Made by a program: the position numbers and the translations under genes. Below the pieces are notes generated by a model. That model was given only the letters and a program-made list of their open reading frames with translations, was not told where the DNA came from and did no database searches. Of a stretch of 25,755 nt of DNA, positions 18,964 to 25,755 are shown piece after piece. Positions within the stretch are counted from its first letter, which is position 1; each line of letters starts with the position of its first letter. This stretch comes from Chloroflexota bacterium (GTDB lineage: Bacteria; Chloroflexota; UBA6077; FW602-bin22; JAMCYS01), in the NCBI GenBank assembly GCA_023473795.1, contig JAMCYS010000152.1, positions 1-25,755 of the forward strand, written 5' to 3'.

Positions 18964-19155
18964 TTTGTGGTGAGCGCTCATCTGCCCCAGCGGCTATGGG
19001 GTCAGCGTTTTCCCGGGTGCCCGAAGAGGCACAAAGCACTAAAGTGCTCACTACGAACCCGTAGCACGGCTGCGTTTGTAGTGAGCGCTTTAGCGCTTTC
19101 CCCAGCGCATGAGGCGGCACGAAGCACTGAAGTGCTCACTGCGAGCCCGGAGTGC
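18964..19155. repeat. Two tandem copies (about 110 nt and about 82 nt) of a palindrome-rich intergenic element. Each unit has TTTGT(G/A)GTGAGCGCT ... CCCCAGCG ... GAGGC.CA.AAGCACT(A/G)AAGTGCTCACT(A/G)CGA.CCCG.
   Basis: Read directly. The palindromes are GTGAGCGCTCA (18970-18980), AGCACTAAAGTGCT (19035-19048), AGCGCTTTAGCGCT (19084-19097) and AGCACTGAAGTGCT (19123-19136), plus hairpin CCCCA-gcggcta-TGGGG (18985-19001). Unit 2 lacks about 30 nt present in unit 1. Confidence 0.6.
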
Positions 19156-19162
19156 GGCCGAG

Positions 19163-21130
19163 CTAGCACATCGGCGGGCGCTCGACCATCCTCTTCAATC
19201 GCTCGACGTTGCGACGCAGGGCCTGCAACTCCTTCACCCGGGCGTCGGGATCCTCCAAGGCCTGGTAGATGACTGCCCCGTCGCACTTATCGGGAACAGG
19301 CAGTTCGGCCACGTGGCAGACCGTGGGCACCAGATCGGTGAGCCAGACGTTGCGCTCGATCACCACGCCCTGCCTGATGCCGGGGCCGGCGAACATTATC
19401 AGGCCGCGCAGGTCGCCAAAGCCGAACTTGTTGGTCGTCAGGTAGGGGCCATGCTCCTTGCCGAAGCGTGGGTCCTCGGCGTAGATCACGTCGCCCGCTC
19501 TGGGGCCCCAGATGCCTAAGATACGGGCGTCCTCGTTCTTCAACGCCAGAGCGACCGGGTGCAGGCCGGTCTGGGGATCGACGTACTCGAGGAGGGCTTT
19601 GATGATTTCATCGCGGACCTTCTCGTACTCCTCTCCCGGCTCGACGATGCCCTGTGGGTCTCGGCCCTTGACGTTCACGTAGATGTGAACCGTGCGCTGG
19701 CTCACGGCCTTCGTCTTGGACCAGTCGACTTTCCGCACCTTCGGCATGAGGCCAGCGCCCTTCGTTTCGAGCCCGGCCGCCTTGTCGCCCGGCTCCTCCG
19801 GCACATAGGCCAGCAGGCCGGCCTTCGCCAGAATCGAACCGACGTCGAACTTGTGGCCGCGCGCCTTGACTCCGTGGTCCGACATGACAACCACCAACGC
19901 ATCGTCGCCGGCCGCCTCGATGATCTCGCCCAGGCACCGGTCCACGCCCTGATGCAGCCTTAGCTCGATGTCCTGGTAGTAAGGAATCAGCTCTTGATTC
20001 CGCGCCAGCAGAGGCTCCAGCTCGACCGAGAAGGTGTGGTAGATCCAGTCGATGGTGTGGATGTGGAGGAAATACATATCCCACGGCTTCTGGAAGAGGG
20101 TCTTGGTGGCGTCCACCAGCCAGTTGTGGTGCAGGTCGTAGGCCTCGACCAGCGTCTGGCCGTCGATCCACTCCGCCAGGAAGGCCTCGTAGGCCGTGCG
20201 AGCGGTGGGCAAGCCGCGCTCGGACGTAATCTCTTGCTCCAGCTCGGCCGGGAAGCCCCAGCCCGAGAGAGAGAAGATGCCCGGGCAGTAGACACGGAAC
20301 TGTTGGGCGTCAGGCGAGAGCTCGAGCAACTTGAAGCGCGTCGCCGCCTGCTTGGGGCCCTGCTCTGTCTCGAAGGTATCGTAGACGTTCGGGCTCCACT
20401 CGCCGACCTTGAGGCGAGCGTAGGCGCCGGCCTTGGTCTTGTCGCGGGCGATGACCACCGTATCGAAGGCCGAGCCGCCCGACTTGTCGACCAGCACGTA
20501 CCAGGTTATCGGCTGAACCGGGATCTTGGGCCGCCAGAGGTTGACGTTGACCTTGGCCTCGAGGGCCTGCGGGCCGTGCTCCACGCCCTGCCAGCCGCTA
20601 GCCTTCTGCCACACCACCTCGCTAAAGTGAGGGTAGTACTCTGTGGAGAGCAGTATGTCCTGCGCGAGGAGCGTTGAGGTCAGGTCCTCGATGGGTATGC
20701 CCTCGCGCCAGTCGGTGATGTTCAGGCCATAGCCGGCGATCTGGTAGCCTTCCTTCATCCGCTTGGGCCAGCTGGTGGGCCAGTTCATCACGATGCTGCG
20801 TTTGCCGGCGCGCTCGCCCGCCTCCCAGATGGTCTCAGCCGCGATGTCGCGCGAATCGAAGCCTTGGTGGGTCACATCCAGGGGCGTTCCTGGAGTGTGC
20901 ACATCGAAATCGGTAATGCCGTGGGTGCCCGGCCAGGCGCCCGTGGCGATCGAGGTCCAGTTGGGGGGCGTGATCGTCGGGAAGGGCACCAGGCCATTCT
21001 CACAAAACACGCCGCGGTCCATCAACTTCTTCAGTGCCGGTAGCTTGCCCTCTTGCGCCCATTTGAAGATGGTAGGCGCGACGGGCGAGTCGATGCCCAG
21101 GAACAGCACTTTGCTCGGGGCTTTGCTCAT
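19163..21130 (-). CDS. Alkaline-phosphatase-superfamily protein of the nucleotide pyrophosphatase/phosphodiesterase (NPP, type I phosphodiesterase) family; no signal peptide, so predicted cytoplasmic (655 aa)
   Basis: TITPPNWTSIATGAWPGTHGI matches the NPP nucleophile-Thr motif (TxTxPNHxSIxTG type). ATG at 21130 with GGAGGAG RBS. The 78-aa upstream extension in the ORF track is rejected. Confidence 0.7.
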   Translation of the reverse strand: MSKAPSKVLFLGIDSPVAPTIFKWAQEGKLPALKKLMDRGVFCENGLVPFPTITPPNWTSIATGAWPGTHGITDFDVHTPGTPLDVTHQGFDSRDIAAETIWEAGERAGKRSIVMNWPTSWPKRMKEGYQIAGYGLNITDWREGIPIEDLTSTLLAQDILLSTEYYPHFSEVVWQKASGWQGVEHGPQALEAKVNVNLWRPKIPVQPITWYVLVDKSGGSAFDTVVIARDKTKAGAYARLKVGEWSPNVYDTFETEQGPKQAATRFKLLELSPDAQQFRVYCPGIFSLSGWGFPAELEQEITSERGLPTARTAYEAFLAEWIDGQTLVEAYDLHHNWLVDATKTLFQKPWDMYFLHIHTIDWIYHTFSVELEPLLARNQELIPYYQDIELRLHQGVDRCLGEIIEAAGDDALVVVMSDHGVKARGHKFDVGSILAKAGLLAYVPEEPGDKAAGLETKGAGLMPKVRKVDWSKTKAVSQRTVHIYVNVKGRDPQGIVEPGEEYEKVRDEIIKALLEYVDPQTGLHPVALALKNEDARILGIWGPRAGDVIYAEDPRFGKEHGPYLTTNKFGFGDLRGLIMFAGPGIRQGVVIERNVWLTDLVPTVCHVAELPVPDKCDGAVIYQALEDPDARVKELQALRRNVERLKRMVERPPMC

Positions 21131-21212
21131 CGATCTCTCCTCCATATCTGCTGCCGAAGCGAACCGACCCTCCCCGGGTCCAGTCGCCCAGTGATGCCCG
21201 ACGGCGCCAGAG

Positions 21213-21914
21213 TCAGTCGCCGAACGTGCCGCCGGCGCTGGCCAGCGCGGCCTCCAGGTCTTGCCTGGTGTGCTGGTGATGCCAGCGGAGACGGCGCTCG
21301 GCCTCAGCCGCATCGCCCGCGAGGAAGGCGGCGAGAATCTCCTTGTGCTCCAGGTGGCCGGCAAGCGGTCTGCCGGGCACGTCGAAGGCCCGCCAGCGGA
21401 TCATCAGGAACTGGTCGTGCATGTTCTCGAAAACGCGCAGCAAGCGGCGGTTGCCCGAGGCCTGCACGAGCAGGCGGTGCAACTCCATGTCCAGGCGGCT
21501 GAAGCCCCGCTGATCGCGAGCCGCCACAAGCGGTTCCGCCTCCGCCACCAGCTCCGCGAGGCGACGGTCCAGCCCCGGCGTGCGCCTCTGTAAGGCCCGC
21601 ACGATAGCGTGCGCCTCCAGGACCTCACGGACCTCCAACACCTCGCGAATGTCCTCGGCGGTAATGGAGACGACGACGGCGCCCCGCCGGGGCAGGTACT
21701 GCACCAGGCCCTCCCGTTCCAGGCGCGAGATGGCCTCACGCACCGGCGTGTTGGAGACGCCAATCTGTTCGGCCAGGGCAGCCTCGGTGAGGCGGGAGCC
21801 GGCAGCCAGGGTATTCTCGATGATGGCGGTCTTGAGGGTGGCGTAGACCGAGTCGGTCAGGTTGAGATGGCGCTCGACCCGGGGTAGACTCAACAGCTCC
21901 ACTGGCACCTCCAA
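21213..21914 (-). CDS. GntR-family transcriptional regulator with FadR-type C-terminal (FCD) ligand-binding domain
   Basis: N-terminal wHTH (SRLTEAALAEQIGVSNTPVREAISRLEREGLV) plus C-terminal all-helical FCD-like region. The start may be GTG 21908 (better-spaced GGAAG RBS) rather than TTG 21914. Confidence 0.85.
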   Translation of the reverse strand: MEVPVELLSLPRVERHLNLTDSVYATLKTAIIENTLAAGSRLTEAALAEQIGVSNTPVREAISRLEREGLVQYLPRRGAVVVSITAEDIREVLEVREVLEAHAIVRALQRRTPGLDRRLAELVAEAEPLVAARDQRGFSRLDMELHRLLVQASGNRRLLRVFENMHDQFLMIRWRAFDVPGRPLAGHLEHKEILAAFLAGDAAEAERRLRWHHQHTRQDLEAALASAGGTFGD

Positions 21915-21945
21915 GCTTCCAACGGGGAAAACCGTCTATAGTAGG

Positions 21946-21966
21946 CAGCATACAGCGGGTATGCTG
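21946..21966. promoter_or_regulatory. 8-bp perfect inverted repeat CAGCATAC-agcgg-GTATGCTG between the MFS stop and the GntR start; candidate GntR autoregulatory operator or MFS terminator hairpin
   Basis: Read directly. It is located 32-52 nt upstream of the GntR start codon. Confidence 0.35.
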
Positions 21967-22027
21967 TCCTGTCAAGCAAGGCCAGGGCATCCACCGCTTT
22001 CCGCGGGGGCGCGGCGCCCGGCGACGG

Positions 22028-23254
22028 TCAGTCGGGCCCAGCGACGGCGGCCCGCCCTCTCGGTGCCTCGCGCAGCGCCACCAGGGCCAGTACCGTCACA
22101 ATCCAGATCAGAGCCCCCGTGACGTAGACGGCCGCTCCCAGTTCGAAGTGGTCTATCACCCAGCCCAGCGCCAGCGGCCCCAGCACCGCGCCCAGGTCTC
22201 CGGTGAAGCGGTTGATGCCAAGCGTGCGCCCCCAGAGGCGCGGCGGCGTCTGGTCGATGATGAGAGTCGTCGGCAGGCTGTTGCCGAAGCGACCCATCGC
22301 CATCACTACGATCCCCGCTAGGTAGAGGGTCAAACCGCCCGTCTGGCTAAACAGCAGCACGCCGGTGCCGGTAAGCGCCAGGCCAGGCAACAGCACCCGC
22401 CGCCTGCCGAAGCGGTCGGACAGGTTCCCACCCACAACCGAGGTGAAGAAGCGCACCACGGTGCCGAGGGAGATGGCCAGGCCGATCGCCGCCGCGTCCA
22501 AACCAAATCTAGTGTCGCCAAACAATGGTACGAAGGTGTTGACGAAGCCGCTGGTGTGGAAAAACATAGCAAAGGTGATGCAATTGATCACCAGCAGATT
22601 GGCTAACAAGCCCGGCGCCGTGGTCTGGGCGCCGGCTTGACGGACAGCACGCACGGCCTGGCCAGCCGAAACCGCCAGCGGACGTCGCTGAGTCAACACG
22701 ACTGAGAGGAAGGCGAGCAGCGCGGTGAAAGCGCAAAAGGCGAAGGACGAGCGCCAACCGGCGACGACGGCGATGGCCCCGCCGATGGCCGGACTGAAGG
22801 ACGAGCCCGCGAGCATCGCCGCCTGGTAGTAGCCCAGCACACGCCCGCGGTTCTCGGCAGTGGAAAGACGGCTCAGATTGTACTGGGAAGTCAGCATGCA
22901 CAGCGCCGAGCCGGCCCCCATCACGGCGCGCGCCAGAATGACCAGTTCGAAGCGCGTGGCCAGGGACCCGAGCAGGGCGCCCAGCGAGATGATGGCCGTG
23001 CCGGCGAGGAAGAGCCGGAAAGGCGGCAAGCGCTCCACGAAGACGCCCGCCGGCAGGTCCAGTGCCAGACGGGCAAAGCCGTAGGCCGATATGGTGAGCG
23101 AGACCGCCGCGGTGGACACGCCGAAGGTGTCCTTCACCTCCGGCAGCACGGGCGCCATGATGCCCATCCCCAGTTGGAGGAGAAAGGCCATCAAATAGAG
23201 CGCCGCTTCCGCCGCGCTCACTCCACCCAAGCGGCCAGACAGGCTGTCGTTCAT
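22028..23254 (-). CDS. Major facilitator superfamily transporter (12 predicted TM segments)
   Basis: Hydrophobic periodicity and MFS loop 2-3 motif-like GRLSDRFGRRRVLL. 408 aa. Confidence 0.8.
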   Translation of the reverse strand: MNDSLSGRLGGVSAAEAALYLMAFLLQLGMGIMAPVLPEVKDTFGVSTAAVSLTISAYGFARLALDLPAGVFVERLPPFRLFLAGTAIISLGALLGSLATRFELVILARAVMGAGSALCMLTSQYNLSRLSTAENRGRVLGYYQAAMLAGSSFSPAIGGAIAVVAGWRSSFAFCAFTALLAFLSVVLTQRRPLAVSAGQAVRAVRQAGAQTTAPGLLANLLVINCITFAMFFHTSGFVNTFVPLFGDTRFGLDAAAIGLAISLGTVVRFFTSVVGGNLSDRFGRRRVLLPGLALTGTGVLLFSQTGGLTLYLAGIVVMAMGRFGNSLPTTLIIDQTPPRLWGRTLGINRFTGDLGAVLGPLALGWVIDHFELGAAVYVTGALIWIVTVLALVALREAPRGRAAVAGPD

Positions 23255-23368
23255 GGCCAGGTATTGTAGCGCCCACGCCCCGAGAAGTCATTCCCTCAAG
23301 CGCGGCAGACCAAGCAGGTCCGGCCAACAGTGGGCTTGCCGCCGGCACCCGCCTGGTCGCACGGCGAG

Positions 23369-23398
23369 TTGCCGCCACCGATTCGGCCCGGCTATAAT
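23369..23398 (+). promoter_or_regulatory. Sigma-70-like promoter for recF: -35 TTGCCG (23369-23374), 18-nt spacer, -10 TATAAT (23393-23398), 36 nt upstream of the ATG
   Basis: Read directly; perfect -10 hexamer. Confidence 0.45.
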
Positions 23399-23434
23399 CC
23401 CTGGGTAAAGTAACAGCGGAGCGCAGCCGCCAGC

Positions 23435-24634
23435 ATGCATCTTTCCCACTTGTCTCTGGAGAACTTCCGCAACTACTCTCGCCTCGAACTCGACCTGCCC
23501 CCCGGCACGGCCGTCGTCTTCGGCCGCAACGCGCAGGGCAAGACGAACCTACTTGAATCGATCTATTACCTGGCCACGAGCAAGTCTTTCCGCGCCAGCA
23601 GCGACAAGGAAGTAATCAACTGGCTGGCGCAAGGTGAGGAGCCCGCCTATTCTCGGCTGGTGGGCCTGTGCCAGCGCGCCGCCGGGCCCGCGGAGATCGA
23701 GATCGCCCTCCGGCTAGAGCGAGGCGAACTGGGCGGGGGCGAGCAACTCCCCAGCCTGAGCAAGCGCATTCGCGTCAACAAGGTCGCCCGTCGCGCCATC
23801 GACCTCATCGGCCAGATGACGGTGGTCAACTTCTCGCCCCAGGATATCGAGATAGTGGACGGCGCGCCGCAGCTGCGCCGCCGGTACCTCGACGTGACCA
23901 TTTCTCAGGTGGACTCGGAGTACTGCCGCACCCTGGCGCACTATAACAAAGTCGTCCTGCAGCGCAATCACCTGCTGCGCCAGATGCGCGACCGGCGGGC
24001 AAAAGGCGATCAACTGGAGTTCTGGGACGAGGAGATGGCCAAAGACGGCGCCTTCATCGCCCAGGAGCGCCGCCGGGCGACCGAGGAGCTGAACGAACTG
24101 GCCGGGGAGTTCCACCGCCGCCTGACCGGCACGGCCGAGCGGCTGCGCCTAACCTACCGGCCCGGTTTCGCCTGGAAGCCCGCCCTGGAGAGCGTGACCG
24201 ATGTTATGTCCAGCCCGGCGGCGGCGCTGGCGCGCTCGCTGCGCGAGCAGATGCGCCGCCTGCAGGCACGCGAGGTGGCCCAGGGGGTCTCGCTGCTGGG
24301 ACCGCATCGCGACGACCTGGCCTTCGTCATCGATCAGGCCAGTGTCACTCTCTACGGCTCGCGAGGCCAGCAGCGCACGGTAGCGCTTTCCTTGAAATTG
24401 GCGGAGAGCGCCTACCTGCAGCGCCACACGGGGGAGAAGCCGATCCTCTTGCTGGACGACGTACTCTCGGAGCTAGACCAAGAGCGGCGCGACTTCGTGG
24501 TCGAAACCATCAAAGACGGCCAGCAGGTGGTGCTGACCGGCACCGAACTGCGGGCGGTGCCGCGCGCCTTGTTGGCCGAGGCCACGCTGCTGGAAATCGC
24601 CAAGGGAGCCGTCTACGAACGCGTCCAGCCCTAG
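23435..24634 (+). CDS. recF: DNA replication and repair protein RecF (SMC-like ABC ATPase)
   Basis: N-terminal Walker A FGRNAQGKTNLLESIYYL. C-terminal signature and Walker B region ILLLDDVLSELD. 399 aa. Confidence 0.9.
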   Translation: MHLSHLSLENFRNYSRLELDLPPGTAVVFGRNAQGKTNLLESIYYLATSKSFRASSDKEVINWLAQGEEPAYSRLVGLCQRAAGPAEIEIALRLERGELGGGEQLPSLSKRIRVNKVARRAIDLIGQMTVVNFSPQDIEIVDGAPQLRRRYLDVTISQVDSEYCRTLAHYNKVVLQRNHLLRQMRDRRAKGDQLEFWDEEMAKDGAFIAQERRRATEELNELAGEFHRRLTGTAERLRLTYRPGFAWKPALESVTDVMSSPAAALARSLREQMRRLQAREVAQGVSLLGPHRDDLAFVIDQASVTLYGSRGQQRTVALSLKLAESAYLQRHTGEKPILLLDDVLSELDQERRDFVVETIKDGQQVVLTGTELRAVPRALLAEATLLEIAKGAVYERVQP

Positions 24635-25551
24635 GCCGAGCGCTTACCCAGCAGCGCGGGCAGAGCGGCCCGCGCCGCCTCCTCGCCGGCGGCGATGCAC
24701 TCCTCGACTCGGTGGAACTGGTCGGTCAGCACCAACCCCACTTCGGGCCGGATGAGCAGCGTCGGCGGTACGGCCGCCAGGCGCATCTCCAGGAGCTCGC
24801 GGGACTGCACTTCGGTTGACTTGACGATGACGTCGATGTGGCGGGAGCGCCCGAAGAGCCGCAGGAAGGCCAGCGACGACGCCACCTGGCGAGGGACCAT
24901 GCCGTGGAAGGCATCCGGCGCCAGGGGCCGGTCGCGATTTGGAGTCACGTCCACCGCTACGACGCGGCGAGCGCCCAGCTCATAGGCGGCCTGCACCGGT
25001 ATTGGCTCCAGGATGCCGCCATCGACGAGCATGCGGTCCCCGTCGGGCACCGGGCTGAGGACGCCCGGGATGGCGATAGTCGCACAAACAGCCTTTTCAA
25101 CGGACCCGCTAGCGATCGTGACTCTAGCCCCCGAGTTGATGTCTACGGCCACGACGGCACAGCGGCGGGGCAGGTCTTCGAGGTTGGGCACGCCGGCGAT
25201 GCGCGAGGCGAGGGCGCCGACCTTTTCCGTGCCCGCCAGGGCGAGTCCGGTCTTGTCGAGCGTGAAAAGACGCATGACCTGGGTGCGTCTTGCCAGTTCC
25301 TCCATGGCCGCGGCCGGCATGCCCGCGCCCCAGGCCAGGGCGACCAGGCCACCCATGCTGGTGCCAGTCACAAAGTCGACTTCGATGCCGGCTTCCTCGA
25401 GTACTTTCAGCACGCCGATGTGAGCCAGGCCGCGGGCGCCCCCGCCGCCTAGGGCCAGGCCCAGAGCGCCGGCTGCCCTGCCCTTGGGCAGCAACCAAGC
25501 CCAGGCCACGGGAGTAGACGCAGGGCCGCGGGTCTTGCCGCTCTCCCTCAT
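24631..25551 (-). CDS. Patatin-like phospholipase (GGGxRG oxyanion motif GGGGARG; GTSMG nucleophile elbow)
   Basis: Motifs read in the translation. ATG 25551 is preceded by GGGAGG. Its stop overlaps the recF stop convergently (24631-24634). Confidence 0.8.
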   Translation of the reverse strand: MRESGKTRGPASTPVAWAWLLPKGRAAGALGLALGGGGARGLAHIGVLKVLEEAGIEVDFVTGTSMGGLVALAWGAGMPAAAMEELARRTQVMRLFTLDKTGLALAGTEKVGALASRIAGVPNLEDLPRRCAVVAVDINSGARVTIASGSVEKAVCATIAIPGVLSPVPDGDRMLVDGGILEPIPVQAAYELGARRVVAVDVTPNRDRPLAPDAFHGMVPRQVASSLAFLRLFGRSRHIDVIVKSTEVQSRELLEMRLAAVPPTLLIRPEVGLVLTDQFHRVEECIAAGEEAARAALPALLGKRSA

Positions 25552-25755
25552 ATGCCACCGCCTCCCTCGTCATCAGTATAAGCCGTGACCAGCCACCGAG
25601 CAACGGGCTCTTGACATCCGTGCATAACTGGCAGGTATGGCGGTAGGGGCGGGGCTCCGTACCCGCCCGCCCGTCTAATCCCCACGCCGAGCTGGCAACT
25701 ACGCCGCTACGGCGGCCGCGGCCGCCCCCTTCGCTACGCTTCGGGGACATGGCTG

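Noticed and set aside
18964-19155. Possibility that the tandem repeat is a CRISPR array
   Set aside because: Only two units of unequal length, with no unique spacers between identical repeats and no cas genes in the window.
18917-19286. Small ORFs (67 aa minus, 103 aa plus, 94 aa minus) spanning the palindromic tandem repeat
   Set aside because: They lie across duplicated palindromic DNA with lower GC and have no RBS. The repeat structure explains the sequence better than coding.
19994-20677. 227-aa plus-strand ORF antisense to the NPP-family gene (also 19559..19963 and 20763..21194)
   Set aside because: Same reason: shadow ORFs with Leu/Arg/Gly-rich composition and no RBS.
21131-21364. 78-aa N-terminal extension of the NPP-like ORF in the ORF track; likewise 18803..18877 for thiolase, 11232..11279 for the gamma-CA and 6004..6012 for icmB
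   Set aside because: Internal ATG codons with well-spaced GGAGG-type RBS (21130, 18802, 11231, 6003) are far better starts. The extensions are Arg/Pro-rich and would overlap neighbouring genes or terminators.
25598-25680. TTGACA hexamer at 25601-25606 and GGGCGGG-n8-CCCGCCC hairpin at 25641-25662 near the right edge
   Set aside because: No convincing -10 at 17 +/- 1 nt and no downstream gene visible within the window. Cannot be assigned.
25124-25750. 208-aa minus-strand ORF overlapping the patatin gene start and the right-end intergenic region
   Set aside because: Gly/Arg-rich out-of-frame ORF. The patatin frame has the GGGxRG and GTSMG motifs.

Overview
High-GC (~68-70%) bacterial chromosomal window with GGAGG-type ribosome-binding sites. 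It is dominated by one long minus-strand gene array for acyl-CoA rearrangement and carboxyl transfer. From high to low coordinates the order is: thiolase; 3-hydroxyacyl-CoA dehydrogenase (Hbd); a complete Propionibacterium-type methylmalonyl-CoA:pyruvate transcarboxylase set (12S carboxyltransferase, 5S subunit, 1.3S biotin carrier); a methylmalonyl-CoA-mutase-type large subunit; a gamma-carbonic-anhydrase-family protein; an NfeD/YuaF-like membrane protein; flotillin FloT/YuaG; methylmalonyl-CoA epimerase; then a split isobutyryl-CoA-mutase-like pair (large catalytic subunit plus 136-aa B12-binding subunit); and an iron-type alcohol dehydrogenase. The left end carries a plus-strand FAD-oxidase subunit plus GlcF-like Fe-S subunit pair and several small unknown genes. 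The right end carries a cytoplasmic alkaline-phosphatase/NPP-family protein, a GntR(FCD) regulator, an MFS transporter, an isolated recF with its own TATAAT promoter, and a patatin-like phospholipase. No rRNA, tRNA, CRISPR array or transposase/integrase gene was recognised. Five points deserve follow-up. (1) The flotillin/NfeD pair and a gamma-carbonic-anhydrase-like gene are translationally coupled inside the transcarboxylase-mutase-epimerase operon. (2) The two paralogous mutase large subunits carry different substrate-specificity signatures (Phe/Gln versus Tyr/Arg) but share a single B12-binding small subunit gene. (3) The NfeD protein has an unusual tandem GHD repeat loop. (4) A palindrome-rich tandem repeat lies upstream of the thiolase gene. 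(5) A 12-bp perfect inverted repeat with a 36-nt spacer overlaps the mutase promoter. All calls come from reading the translated ORFs and the DNA by eye; no database search was run.
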